DNA of 64,000 nucleotides from Eledone cirrhosa (lineage: Eukaryota), in contig OZ024751.1 in NCBI GenBank assembly GCA_964016885.1, positions 27,404,001 to 27,468,000 of the forward strand, written 5' to 3'. Numbering within the stretch: the stretch's first letter is position 1; every line of letters begins with the position of its first letter. The notes below the pieces were generated by a model. It saw only the letters and a list, made by a program, of their open reading frames with translations, did not search any database and was not told the DNA's origin. This document shows, piece after piece, positions 1 to 13,100 of the stretch. Position numbers and translations under genes: made by a program.

Positions 1-49
1 TTTAACAATACTGCCAATGTATCAGTTATTTGGCTAAAATTATTATTCT

Positions 50-1130
50 TTGCCCACTTATTCCTTGGAGGGTCGTGGGAGTAGAGTCCTCAAACACTCC
101 TTCCAGCGGGTCCTGTCAAAAACAACTGTCTCCAAGCTGATGGATGTTATCCAACCATCTTGCTCTGGGTCTCTTGCCAGTTGGTTTTGTCCGTAACATC
201 TGTCCAGCGATTCTTTCCTGTGACATTCTAACCACATGCCCATAGTATCAGAGCTGTGATCTCTCAATTCAGAAAAGTAGCAGCTTGACCTGGAGTGACT
301 CTGATCTCCAAGCTATGCATTTTATCGAGTAATCTTACACCAAAGACCCCATCTCAGCTGCTTGTATTCGCGATTGTATTCTTTGTCATTACCAAAGATT
401 CATAACGAAAAGTAAGGGTTGGCACGAAAACCGAATTGAAGACAGCGACTGTCTTTTACATCTACCTCTCTTCTGATTACTGAAGTTGGTGCATTACTGC
501 ATCAGCTCCTGCATTTCTTGCACTAAGCTTGGCAAAGAGATTGTTGAGTCCAAGCTAGCTGATAAACAATGTGGTTTTCACTCTGGCCGCAGTGTGAATA
601 TTTGGTCGACTGTGCTGTGGCCAGGGTGAAAACCACATTGTTTATCAGCTAGATTGGACTCAACAATCTCTTTACCAAGCTTTGTAAGCCTCCTTCTTTG
701 CTTGGATGGCATTTTTGACCTCTTGTGCCACACCAAGCCTCTCTCACCTACACTATTTAACTGCTTAAGCAGAAACTGCTTCATTAAACAATCACCTCTC
801 TGTCTCAACGTCCTGTTTGCTCAAGGAGTTCTCTGAATTTGGATGTAATAGTATCTTCATACCTGGTCCTGACTTCCTTATTCATCAATGCTTCCCATTT
901 TATCCTATAGGTCGTTCTGGACTTGTTAGTTTTGTGGGCTTCTTTGGCTTTAGGTAGTCTCAAGTTGTATATAACTAGATGGTGATCAGTTGACAGCTCA
1001 GCCCCTCTCTTAACACAAACATCCAGCACAGAATCAAAAAGATCAGAGACAATTATGAAATCAATTATTGATTTGTGTCCCTGATTCCCATTATACTATG
1101 TATATTTATGGATGTTTCTGTGCTGACTGA
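50..1130 (-). mobile_element. Decayed, internally deleted RTE-like LINE
   Basis: APE motif STDHHLV, RT motif QCGFHPGHSTVDQIFTL, C-terminal DRTRWK; same family as 49899-50507. Confidence 0.8.
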
Positions 1131-1393
1131 GAGTCCATTGCTAGAAGACGAGTGTAGCCAGGCTTCTCCATTTCTATGTCAGGTAGCTAAAATTAAAATG
1201 TAAAAAACAATAACCAGAATGGCTGGATTGGCCAGTGCACTGGTCAAACACTGCAGTAGCTGGAGCAGGGCAATATATTGACCAGTGCAGTGGTCAATGA
1301 CTGCAGTAGCTGGACAATCACCATTAGTGAAATACAAAGACCATGGAGTGACCAAGACAATTTGTGTCAACTTAAAAAAAATAAACAAAAACA

Positions 1394-1399
1394 TTTATT
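1394..1399 (-). terminator. Candidate VPS50 polyadenylation signal AATAAA
   Basis: AATAAA on the minus strand followed by a GT/T-rich tract, about 1.55 kb after the stop. Confidence 0.5.
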
Positions 1400-1482
1400 G
1401 AACAAAAATAAATTTATGTACAGAAAGAAGGAATTGTCTTAAATAATTGGTTTAATTGGTCCACAGTGTGAGGGAGGGGCGG

Positions 1483-1515
<33 letters not shown>

Positions 1516-1899
1516 CATATATTTCTAGGTGCCAACATAAATACACTTGTCATTCCTACATATAACTATAGCGAAATATATTCACAAACATCAGACACGT
1601 GGCAAGATTTGTGAGATGATGTGTGTGTGTCTGCTATGTGATGTGTGTCTGCTATGTGATGTGTGCGTCTGCTATGTGATGTGTGTCTGCCGTGACGTGT
1701 GTGTCTGCTATGTGATGTGTGTCTGCCGTGAAATGTGTGCGTCTGCTGTGAAATGTGTGTGTCTGTTCTGAAATGTGTGTGTCTGTTCTGAAATGTGTGT
1801 GCCCAAGAATGTATGAAATATGTGTTCTTTTCATGATTGATTCTAATTTGGAAAATTAAAATTTATGCCATTATTTGTTTTTGATTTTCATAGGAATAC

Positions 1900-2230
1900 C
1901 ACACAGTATAGTACAGTATAGTATAGTATAGTATAGTATAGTATAGTACAGTACAGTATAGTATAGTATAGTATAGTATAGTATAGTATAGTACAGTACA
2001 GTACAGTATAGTATAGTATAGTATAGTATAGTACAGTACACTACAGTATAGTATAGTATAGTACAGTATAGTATAGTACAGTACACTACAGTATAGTACA
2101 GTATCATACAGTGCTATGCAATACTGTATGATTTAATATCATACAATACTATACAGTACACTACTATATACAGTACAGTAATATACACTACTATACACAG
2201 TTCAGTACTATACACTACTATACTGTAGAG
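1900..2230. repeat. (TAGTA/CAGTA)n pentamer in the putative VPS50 3' UTR
   Basis: direct inspection. Confidence 0.9.
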
Positions 2231-2936
2231 TATTATCTACATCAGCACCGCCAACAGGAGCATTATGTGAATTGATATACAATTTAACTCAGGAAATTAA
2301 AATGTATGTTAATGAAATGTTTAAATATATAGACTCACAGGAGAGTGTGTACATGAAGTTATATATATATACACACTGGAGTAACCACACAGACTCACAA
2401 GTGTATACACATTTTAGTTACATACTGGTAGGTGTGTATATACACATGCAGTCACATTCAAACACATACAGCTCAGATGTGTACACATAGTTACATATAT
2501 ACAATCAAGCAACCATACACACATGTAATAATATATATATATACACACTGGTGGGTGTGATCTTACTCATACACACACACTCAAAAGTATGTGTATACAT
2601 ATAAACACACAGGAGCAACCATACACAAACACTCATTAAGATTTGAAGATGTGTTCTACACTATTATCTATGTCAGATCATACATGTCTACACTCATGTC
2701 AGATCTGAAGTTCTCCTCACACATCACCACCACCGTTATAATACTTATCACCACCATCATCATTATCACCACCTCCTCCATCGTCATTATCACCACCACC
2801 TCCATCATCATTATCACTACCACCTCCATCATCATTATCACCACCACCTCCATCGTCATTATCACCACCTCCATCGTCATTATCACCACCACCTCCATCA
2901 TCATTATCACCACCTCCTCCTCCATTATTATAATCA

Positions 2937-3050
2937 TCATCTTCTAGTTTTATCAAAATCCTCCACCATGCTCACGAGTCGCTGCCGAGCTTTGCGGTTT
3001 ATGTGGTCCACTGATGTTATTAATGACAGCAGCTGCTTATTGGAGTATTC
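2937..3050 (-). CDS. VPS50: VPS50 exon 26 coding part ([37 protein letters not shown])
   Basis: (CT)n-TAG acceptor, TGA stop; matches human EYSTKQL..HINKKARQKL. Confidence 0.94.
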   Translation of the reverse strand, partial: EYSNKQLLSLITSVDHINRKARQRLVSMVEDFDKTRR

Positions 3051-4846
3051 CTAGAGAGAGAGAGAGAGAGTGAAAGATGATGGTGGGGTGGGGACAAGTT
3101 GTGATGTCACCATTTTATAGTTCTCTATACATCTCAACCGATTATATAACTTGATAAACAGCTGACTGGCCAATAAAATATAAACAGTAAATCACATAAG
3201 TATAACCCTTTCATTACCATATTTCTAATGAAAGACACTGTCTATGCCATTAACCCTTTCATTACCATATTTCTAATGAAAGACACTGTCTATGTCTTTA
3301 ATCCTTTCATTACCATATTTCTAATCAAAGACACTGTCTATGTCTTTAATCCTTTCATTACCATATTTCCAATGAAAGACACTGTCTATGTCTTTAATCC
3401 TTTCATTACCATATTTCTAATCAAAGACACTGTCTATGTCATTAACCCTTTCATTACCATATTTCTAATCAAAGACACTGTCTATGTCTTTAACCCTTTC
3501 ATTACCATATTTCCAATGAAAGACACTGTCTATGTCTTTAACCCTTTCATTACCATATTTCCAATGAAAGACACTGTCTATGTCTTTAATCCTTTCATTA
3601 CCATATTTCTAATCAAAGACACTGTCTATGTATTTAACCGTTTCATTACCATATTTCTAATCAAAGACACTGCCTATGTCTTTAACCGTTTCATTACCAT
3701 ATTTCTAATCAAAGACACTGCCTATGTCTTTAACCGTTTCATTACCATATTTCTAATCAAAGACACTGCCTATGTCATTAACCCTTTCGTTACCATATTT
3801 CTAATCAAAGACACTGCTTATGTCATTAACCCTTTCATTACCATATTTCTAATCAAAGAGACTGCCTATGTCATTAACCCTTTCATTACCATATTTCTAA
3901 TGTAAGACATTGCCTATGGTTTTCAAATAATTTAAAAAATAATCATGAATTTGAAAAGATTTAGTAATATGACTTTCTCATTATTAAGCAGGTGTTTGGA
4001 ACATAGCTTAACAAATTATGATGGAAGGTTTTGTGATAAAGACTTTAGAATATCATATCATAAAAGCAGGGCTGGTTTCAGGCAATTTATTATCAAAAGA
4101 GTTAATACAACATTACATGTATGGGCTGTAACTCCTTGTGGGTGACACACATTGGACACTTTAAACCTGGCGGAGCCCATCTCCTCTCCAGGTGGTACAT
4201 AGAAATATATACAACAGTACTATATATAACACTGAATATAAAACAGTGTAGTTCAGTGACATATATAGAGGTGTATATAAAAGTACTGTAATCGGGGTGT
4301 ATATAACAGTACTCTACGTAATGGAAATGTATATAACAGTACTCATGTAATACTCACCTTGTGGTCCTGTAACCAAATCTCAAGTTGAACTTCAGGTAAA
4401 TAATAAGCCTTGATGTATGTCTCAACATATTCTCTCTCAGGAATTGGTCTAGAAATAGTGTGAAGTAGTGAGTGTATATAGTGTGGGTGTAGATGATGGT
4501 ATGTATAGTGAGAGTAAAGTGGGTGTGGAGTAGTGAGTGTATATAGTGTGGGTATTTTGAGAATAAAATGAGTATATAGTAGGTGTGTATAAAGTGGATG
4601 TATATAGTAGGTGTGTATAAAGTGGATGTATATAAGTAGGTGTGTATAAAGTGGATGTATATAGTAGGTGTGTATAAAGTGGATGTATATAGTGAGTGTA
4701 TAAAGTGGATGTATATAGTGAGTGTATAAAGTGGATGTATATAGTGAGTGTATAAGTAGGTGTAGTGACCATTGGGCAAATAGTTCATTCATTCAGGTAT
4801 TTATATGTTAATGTGTATATATATAATCTGTACTTATAATAAATAA

Positions 4847-4879
<33 letters not shown>

Positions 4880-5636
4880 TATGTATGTATATGTATATAA
4901 ATCTCAGGAAAAATGGGAGAACTTGGCGTATGGAAGCTGTTAGAACAGCAAGGTATTGTCGAAACGGTGTTGGGTAAAATATTACCTGGAAGGACGGATA
5001 TCAGCAGCTAGATGTGAGTTGACTTGAAAGAAGAGAAGATAGGAGGAAAAAGAATGGATGAAAGGGGGACAGGTGACAAAGATTAATATACACTCATCAG
5101 GTCTCAACCTCCTGCAGTATCAATGAATTAATGAGACTGCTGCCGGGGATTGGAGTCTTGTAATCAGAGAGAGAAAATGAAGTGCGTCTGATCGGACCCC
5201 AGGTCGTCATGAGAATGTTGACATTAGCAGCGCTGGCAGAAGAGAGAGGAAAGAAGAAGGTAACAGTGGGAGGGAGAGGGGGAAAGATAGGGAGCAGTGA
5301 GAGAGAAGATATGTGACTCTCTGATTACAAGACTCCAATCCCCGGCAGCAGTCTCATTAATTCATTGATACTGCAGGAGGTTGAGACCTGATGAGTGTAT
5401 ATTAATCTTTGTCACCTGTCCCCCTTTCATCCATTCTTTTTCCTCCTATCTTCTCTTCTTTCAAGTCAACTCACATCTAGCTGCTGATATCCGTCCTTCC
5501 AGGTAATATTTTACCCAACACCGTTTCGACAATACCTTGCTGTTCTAACAGCTTCCATACGCCAAGTTCTCCCATTTTTCCTGAGATTTATATATACTCG
5601 CGTTTCAGAACTCTACTTTCGAGTTAAATTTGTATG

Positions 5637-5671
<35 letters not shown>

Positions 5672-8600
5672 ATATGTATACGCACACACACAGTAGAGAC
5701 TAGGGAGTGACTCAACAACATCACAACAAAAGTAAGAGTAGGAAGAAATACCTAATATCAGCAAATTTCTCGAGTTTGGTGAGGAATTGTTGAAAGTCTA
5801 GCTGCATCCATGCACGGCCTTCGTTGGTGCATTTCCTGGCATTGGCATAGCTGCAACAGAAACACAGATCAGATGCACAATTTACTACCACCACACCACA
5901 TCGAAATATGACTTTTTAGCCAATAGATCAACATATCATCACACCATATATAACGTGATATCATGCCTCATATAACATGTGACACCCCACCTTATATAAC
6001 ACCATGTGATATTAAAGCAGTAATGAATGTACTCTCTTTATATCTCACATAATTATGAAACTAACAAGAGTTTCCACATGTGATACAGCAACATCTCAAC
6101 AAACATGTGGTAATTCAATGATATGTGGTCTTGTCATGTAATATTATGTGATATCATCATAGTTTTCCCATATGATATCAAGTAATACTATTTACCCTTC
6201 TACAAACATGTGGTTAGCCAATGATATGATAGTGATATCATGTGACTACACTACTTACCCTTCTACAAACATGTGGTTAGCTAATGATATGCAGTGTTCC
6301 CATATGATGTCATGGACTACTTTGGTGACAGGAACATGGCGACTGACCTCATGGAGACGATTACGGAAATCTTGGAAACTCTACAAATAATAATCATGAA
6401 ATAATAACATCACACAGTATTGACATAACATGGAAGGAGACATCAGGATTGTGACATATCACACTACTGTAGTGATGTCACAGTGTCACACTACTGTAGT
6501 GATGTCACAGTGTCACACTATTGTAGTGATGTCACAGTGTCACACTACTGTAGTGATGTCACAGTGTCACACTATTGTAGTGATGTCACAGTGTCACACT
6601 ACTGTAGTGATGTCACAGTGTCACACTACTGTAGTGATGTCACAGTGTCACACTATTGTAGTAATGTCACAGTGTCACACTATTGTAGTAATGTCACAGT
6701 GTCACACTATTGTAGTAATGTCACAGTGTCACACTATTGTAGTGATGTCACAGTGTCACACTACTGTAGTGATGTCACAGTGTCACACTACTGTAGTAAT
6801 GTCACAGTGTCACACTATTGTAGTAATGTCACAGTGTCACACTATTGTAGTGATGTCACAGTGTCACACTACTGTAGTGATGTCACAGTGTCACACTACT
6901 GTAGTGATGTCACAGTGTCACACTACTGTAGTAATGTCAGTGTCACACTATTGTAGTGATGTCACAGTGTCACACTACTGTAGTGATGTCACAGTGTCAC
7001 ACTACTGTAGTGATGTCACAGTGTCACACTACTGTAGTGATGTCACAGTGTCACACTATTGTAATGTCACAGTGTCACACTACTGTAGTGATGTCACAGT
7101 GTCACACTACTGTAGTGATGTCACAGTGTCACACTACTGTAGTGATGTCACAGTGTCACACTACTGTAGTAATGTCACAGTGTCACACTACTGTAGTGAT
7201 GTCACAGTGTCACACTACTGTAGTGATGTCACAGTGTCACACTACTGTAGTGATGTCACAGTGTCACACTATTGTAGTGATGTCACACTATTGTAGTAAT
7301 GTCACAGTGTCACACTATTGTAATGTCACAGTGTCACACTACTGTAGTGATGTCACAGTGTCACACTACTGTAGTGATGTCACAGTGTCACACTACTGTA
7401 GTGATGTCACAGTGTCACACTACTGTAGTGATGTCACAGTGTCACACTACTGTAGTGATGTCACAGTGTCACACTACTGTAGTGATGTCACAGTGTCACA
7501 CTATTGTAGTGATGTCACAGTGTCACACTATTGTAATATCACAGTGTCACACTATTGTAGTAATGTCACAGTGTCACACTACTGTAGTAGTGTCACACTA
7601 CTGTAGTGATGTCACAGTGTCACACTATTGTAGTGATGTCACAGTGTCACACTATTGTAATGTCACAGTGTCACACTATTGTAGTAATGTCACAGTGTCA
7701 CACTACTGTAGTAATGTCACAGTGACACACTACTGTAGTGATGTCACAGTGTCACACTACTGTAGTGATGTCACAGTGTCACACTATTGTAGTGATGTCA
7801 GTGTCACACTATTGTAATGTCACAGTGTCACACTATTGTAGTAATGTCACAGTGTCACACTATTGTAGTAATGTCACAGTGTCACACTACTGTAGTAATG
7901 TCACAGTGTCACACTATTGTAGTAATGTCACAGTGTCACACTATTGTAATGTCACAGTGTCACACTATTGTAGTAATGTCACAGTGTCACACTATTGTAG
8001 TAATGTCACAGTGTCACACTATTGTAGTAATGTCACAGTGTCACACTATTGTAGTAATGTCAGTGTCACACTATTGTAATGTCACAGTGTCACACTATTG
8101 TAATGTCAGTGTCACACTATTGTAGTAATGTCACAGTGTCACACTATTGTAGTAATGTCAGTGTCACACTATTGTAGTAATGTCACAGTGTCACACTATT
8201 GTAGTAATGTCAGTGTCACACTATTGTAATGTCACAGTGTCACACTATTGTAATGTCACAGTGTCACACTATTGTAGTAATGTCACAGTGTCACACTATT
8301 GTAATGTCACAGTGTCACACTATTGTAATGTCACAGTGTCACACTATTGTAGTAATGTCAGTGTCACACTATTGTAATGTCACAGTGTCACACTAATGTC
8401 ACAGTGTCACACTATTGTAGTAATGTCACAGTGTCACACTATTGTAGTAATGTCAGTGTCACACTATTAACACCACACCATGTTACAATATTCCTCAACT
8501 GGACTATAGTCTCCTGTCAAGTTACATCTGGTCACTCACCAGACATTCCTCAACTGGACTATAGTCTCCTGTCAAGTTACATCTGGTCACTCACCAGACA

Positions 8601-10091
8601 TTCCTCAACTGGACTATAGTCTCCTGTCAAGTTACATCTGGTCACTCACCAGACATTCCTCAACTGGACTATAGTCTCCTGTCAAGTTACATCTGGTCAC
8701 TCACCAGACATTCCTCAACTGGACTATAGTCTCCTGTCAAGTTACCTCTGGTCACTCACCAGACATTCCTCAACTGGACTATAGTCTCCTGTCAAGTTAC
8801 ATCTGGTCACTCACCAGACATTCCTCAACTGGACTATAGTCTCCTGTCAAGTTACATCTGGTCACTCACCAGACATTCCTCAACTGGACTATAGTCTCCT
8901 GTCAAGTTACATCTGGTCACTCACCAGACATTCAACTGGACTATAGTCTCCTGTCAAGTTACATCTGGTCACTCACCAGACATTCAACTGGACTATAGTC
9001 TCCTGTCAAGTTACATCTGGTCACTCACCAGACATTCCTCAACTGGACTATAGTCTCCTGTCAAGTTACATCTGGTCACTCACCAGACATTCCTCAACTG
9101 GACTATAGTCTCCTGTCAAGTTACATCTGGTCACTCACCAGACATTCCTCAACTGGACTATAGTCTCCTGTCAAGTTACATCTGGTCACTCACCAGACAT
9201 TCCTCAACTGGACTATAGTCTCCTGTCAAGTTACATCTGGTCACTCACCAGACATTCAACTGGACTATAGTCTCCTGTCAAGTTACATCTGGTCACTCAC
9301 CAGACATTCCTCAACTGGACTATAGTCTCCTGTCAAGTTACATCTGGTCACTCACCAGACATTCCTCAACTGGACTATAGTCTCCTGTCAAGTTACATCT
9401 GGTCACTCACCAGACATTCAACTGGACTATAGTCTCCTGTCAAGTTACATCTGGTCACTCACCAGACATTCCTCAACTGGACTATAGTCTCCTGTCAAGT
9501 TACATCTGGTCACTCACCAGGGATCAAGCAATAATGTAGATTAAGATGATGTCTAAGAAATACAGTGAAAGTTCGTGAGTTAGAAACTGACCTCCAGGAT
9601 ACTGTCAACATATGTGTTATGTTGGGACATGATGTCCTTCACATCCCACTTGACGGCTGACATCTGCTGGACAAGGTTTCCATAATCAATCACTTGCGAC
9701 GACACAACACGGTAAATTGGTTTACGCAGTTCACTCGCCATCTTCACAGTCTGAAGTAGAAAATATAGAGAAAGAGGTAAGAATGAGAGGGGTTTCTGTG
9801 ACAGAGAGGGGGGTATAAGAATGGGAGGGGTTTATGTGACAGAGAGGGGGGTGTAATAATGGGAGGGGTTTATGTGACAGAGAGGGGGGTGTAAGAATGG
9901 GAGGGGTTTATGTGACAGAGAGGGGGGGTGTAAGAATGGGAGGGGTTTATGTGACAGAGAGGGAGGTGTAAGAAAGAGAGGGGCTTCTGTGACAGAATGT
10001 CCCTATATTACATTCCTCGGGACCTACATTCCTCTGCACACAATGCCCAAGTCTCACTTATATGTAACATTGCTGTTCGTATGCAGGCATC

Positions 10092-10126
<35 letters not shown>

Positions 10127-10129
10127 ATG

Positions 10130-10161
<32 letters not shown>

Positions 10162-13100
10162 TAAACAAAAATATATATATAATAATAATGTATGTATGGA
10201 GCCATATCTTCAAATGGAGTGACATATGTCTTGGACATGTTAAACCTGGAAAGCCCATCCCACTCCAAATCTGAAAGTAGCCAACTTCTTCCGGAAAATG
10301 AGTAAGGAAGACTGATAATATGCAAAAAAGAATCAACCTCAGTATTTGACTGGTACTTTTTTTATCGACCTAAAATATAGGAAAGGCAAAGTTGACCTAG
10401 GGGTGATTTAAAGTCAGAACTAAACCAAATACGACAAAGCATTCTATCAGGAGTTTTAATTCCCTGCCGTAATAATGGTTTCTAATTTAGAAGGGAAGCT
10501 AAAGTAAATTATATTGACCCCAGTAGTTGACTGGGTGAGAAAGTTAACCTTGGTGGGATTTGAACAAGAATCAATCAAATTAACCCCAGTAGTTCACTGG
10601 TACCTTATTTTATTAACCCCCAAAGGGATAAAATACCAAAAATAAGATAAAGGGATAGAAATATGTGTTGTTACTTGTGAATAAAACTGTTGGAGAAATG
10701 CTTTCTTATTGACAGGTATCATACTGTCCAGGTATGGCTGCAGGAATTCAAACTGTTCGGCCAGAAAAACACTGAAAGAGATATTGAGAACATCACATAA
10801 AATATCACAACTGTTACTATATCAGTTACCATGACAACAGTTACTATATCAGGTTACCATGACAACTGTTACTACATCAGTTACTATGACAACTGTTACT
10901 ACATCAGTTACTATGACAATACCACCATCACACAGGTTACCATGACAATACCACCATCACACAGGTTGCTATAACAATGCTGTTTAATTCAGTAAAATGT
11001 ATTACTAAAAATATTGTAAATAAGTGGAGGGGGAAGGGTGGGGTCTGGGCCAAGAACGCAGCAGTGTTGAGGCGGGGTCCCACAGACAACACAAAATCCC
11101 TTCAGTGGACAACAGCCAGCAACAATTTAAACATCAATTCTAATAATTTACCATTGTTTTCCATGCTAGCATGGGTCAAATGACTTATTTTGAGGCAGTG
11201 TTCTATGGTCAGATGTCCTTCCTTACAACAACACTTCTGAACATGGCCATGTCAATGCCAAGTACACACACACACATACATACATGTGCAGGTACACACA
11301 CACATACATGTGCAGATACACACACACATACATGTGCAGATACACACACACACACACATGTGCAGATACACACACACACAGACACAGACGTGCAGGTACA
11401 CACACACACGTGCAGGTACACACACATACAACAGGCTTCAGAGACAAGGCTGTAGTTAAGATACTTGCCTAAGGTGCCACACACTGGCACAAATTACTGA
11501 ACCAATAAACCACACAACACAACAACACATCCAACCATACAACACCACCATCAACTATACCACACCACCATCAACTATACAACACCACCATCAACTATAC
11601 CACACCACCATCAACTATACCACACCACCATCAACTATACCACACCACCATCAACTATACCACACCACCATCAACTATACCACACCACCATCAACTATAC
11701 AACACCACCATCAACTATACCACACCACCATCAACTATACCACACCACCATCAACTATACCACACCACTATACCACACCACCATCAACTATACCACACCA
11801 CCATCAACTATACCACACCACCATCAACTATACAACACCACCATCAACTATACAACACCACCATCAACTATACCACACCACCATCAACTATACCACACCA
11901 CCATCAACTATACCACACCACCATCAACTATACCACACCACCATCAACTATACAACACCACCATCAACTATACAACACCACCATCAACTATACCACACCA
12001 CCATCAACTATACCACACCACCATCAACTATACCACACCACCATCAACTATACAACACCACCATCAACTATACCACACCACTATCAACTATACCACACCA
12101 CCATCAACTATACCACACCACCATCAACTATACCACACCACCATCAACTATACAACACCACCATCAACTATACCACACCACCATCAACTATACCACACCA
12201 CCATCAACTATACCACACCACCATCAACTATACCACACCACCATCAACTATACAACACCACCATCAACTATACAACACCACCATCAACTATACAACACCA
12301 CCATCAACTATACCACACCACCATCAACTATACCACACCACCATCAACTATACCACACCACCATCAACTATACCACACCACCATCAACTATACAACACCA
12401 CCATCAACTATACAACACCACCATCAACTATACCACACCACCATCAACTATACCACACCACCATCAACTATACAACACCATCATCAACTATACAACACCA
12501 TCATCAACTATACCACACCACCATCAACTATACCACACCACCATCATCTATACAACACCACCATCAACTATACAACACCATCATCAACTATACAACACCA
12601 CCATCAACTATACAACACCACCATCAACTATACAACACCACCATCAACTATACCACACCATCATCAACTATACCACAACAACAGCAATCAATGAAAAGTA
12701 GAACTGACAGTGATTCAGCGGCAACAATTCTCTCTGAAAGTCCAAAGAGTCTGTGAGGGTTGGTAAGGTTGACTGTTGGTGAGAGGTAGGCCTGGCGGAT
12801 CTTGTCCTGAGGGAGGAGAACAAAGAGATTTACTGACATACGCTAGTAGAGACATGTGACTGGGGTAAAGGTTGGATCTAACAGTGTAGTGTAGTGTAGT
12901 GTGGTGTAGCGTAGTGTGGTGTAGTGTGATGTGGTGTGGTGTAGTGTGGTGTGGTGTAGTGTGGTGTAGCGTAGTGTGGTGTGATGTGGTGTAGTGTGGT
13001 GTAGCGTAGTGTGGTGTAGTGTAGTGTAGTGTGATGTGGTGTAGTGTAGTGTGGTGTAGTGTAGTGTAGTGTAGTGTGGTGTGGTGTAGTGTAGTGTGTA

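Noticed and set aside
6430-8619. Long ORFs (MSQCHTTVV repeats) and similar ORFs at 3228, 12715, 24549, 38126-42087 and 61539-62394
   Set aside because: Translations of mini/microsatellites, mostly inside VPS50 introns; open in several frames and without coding signal.
8490-9520. CRISPR-like regular repeats (also 37258-42095, 58862-61178)
   Set aside because: Head-to-tail units without unique spacers, no cas genes, eukaryotic context.
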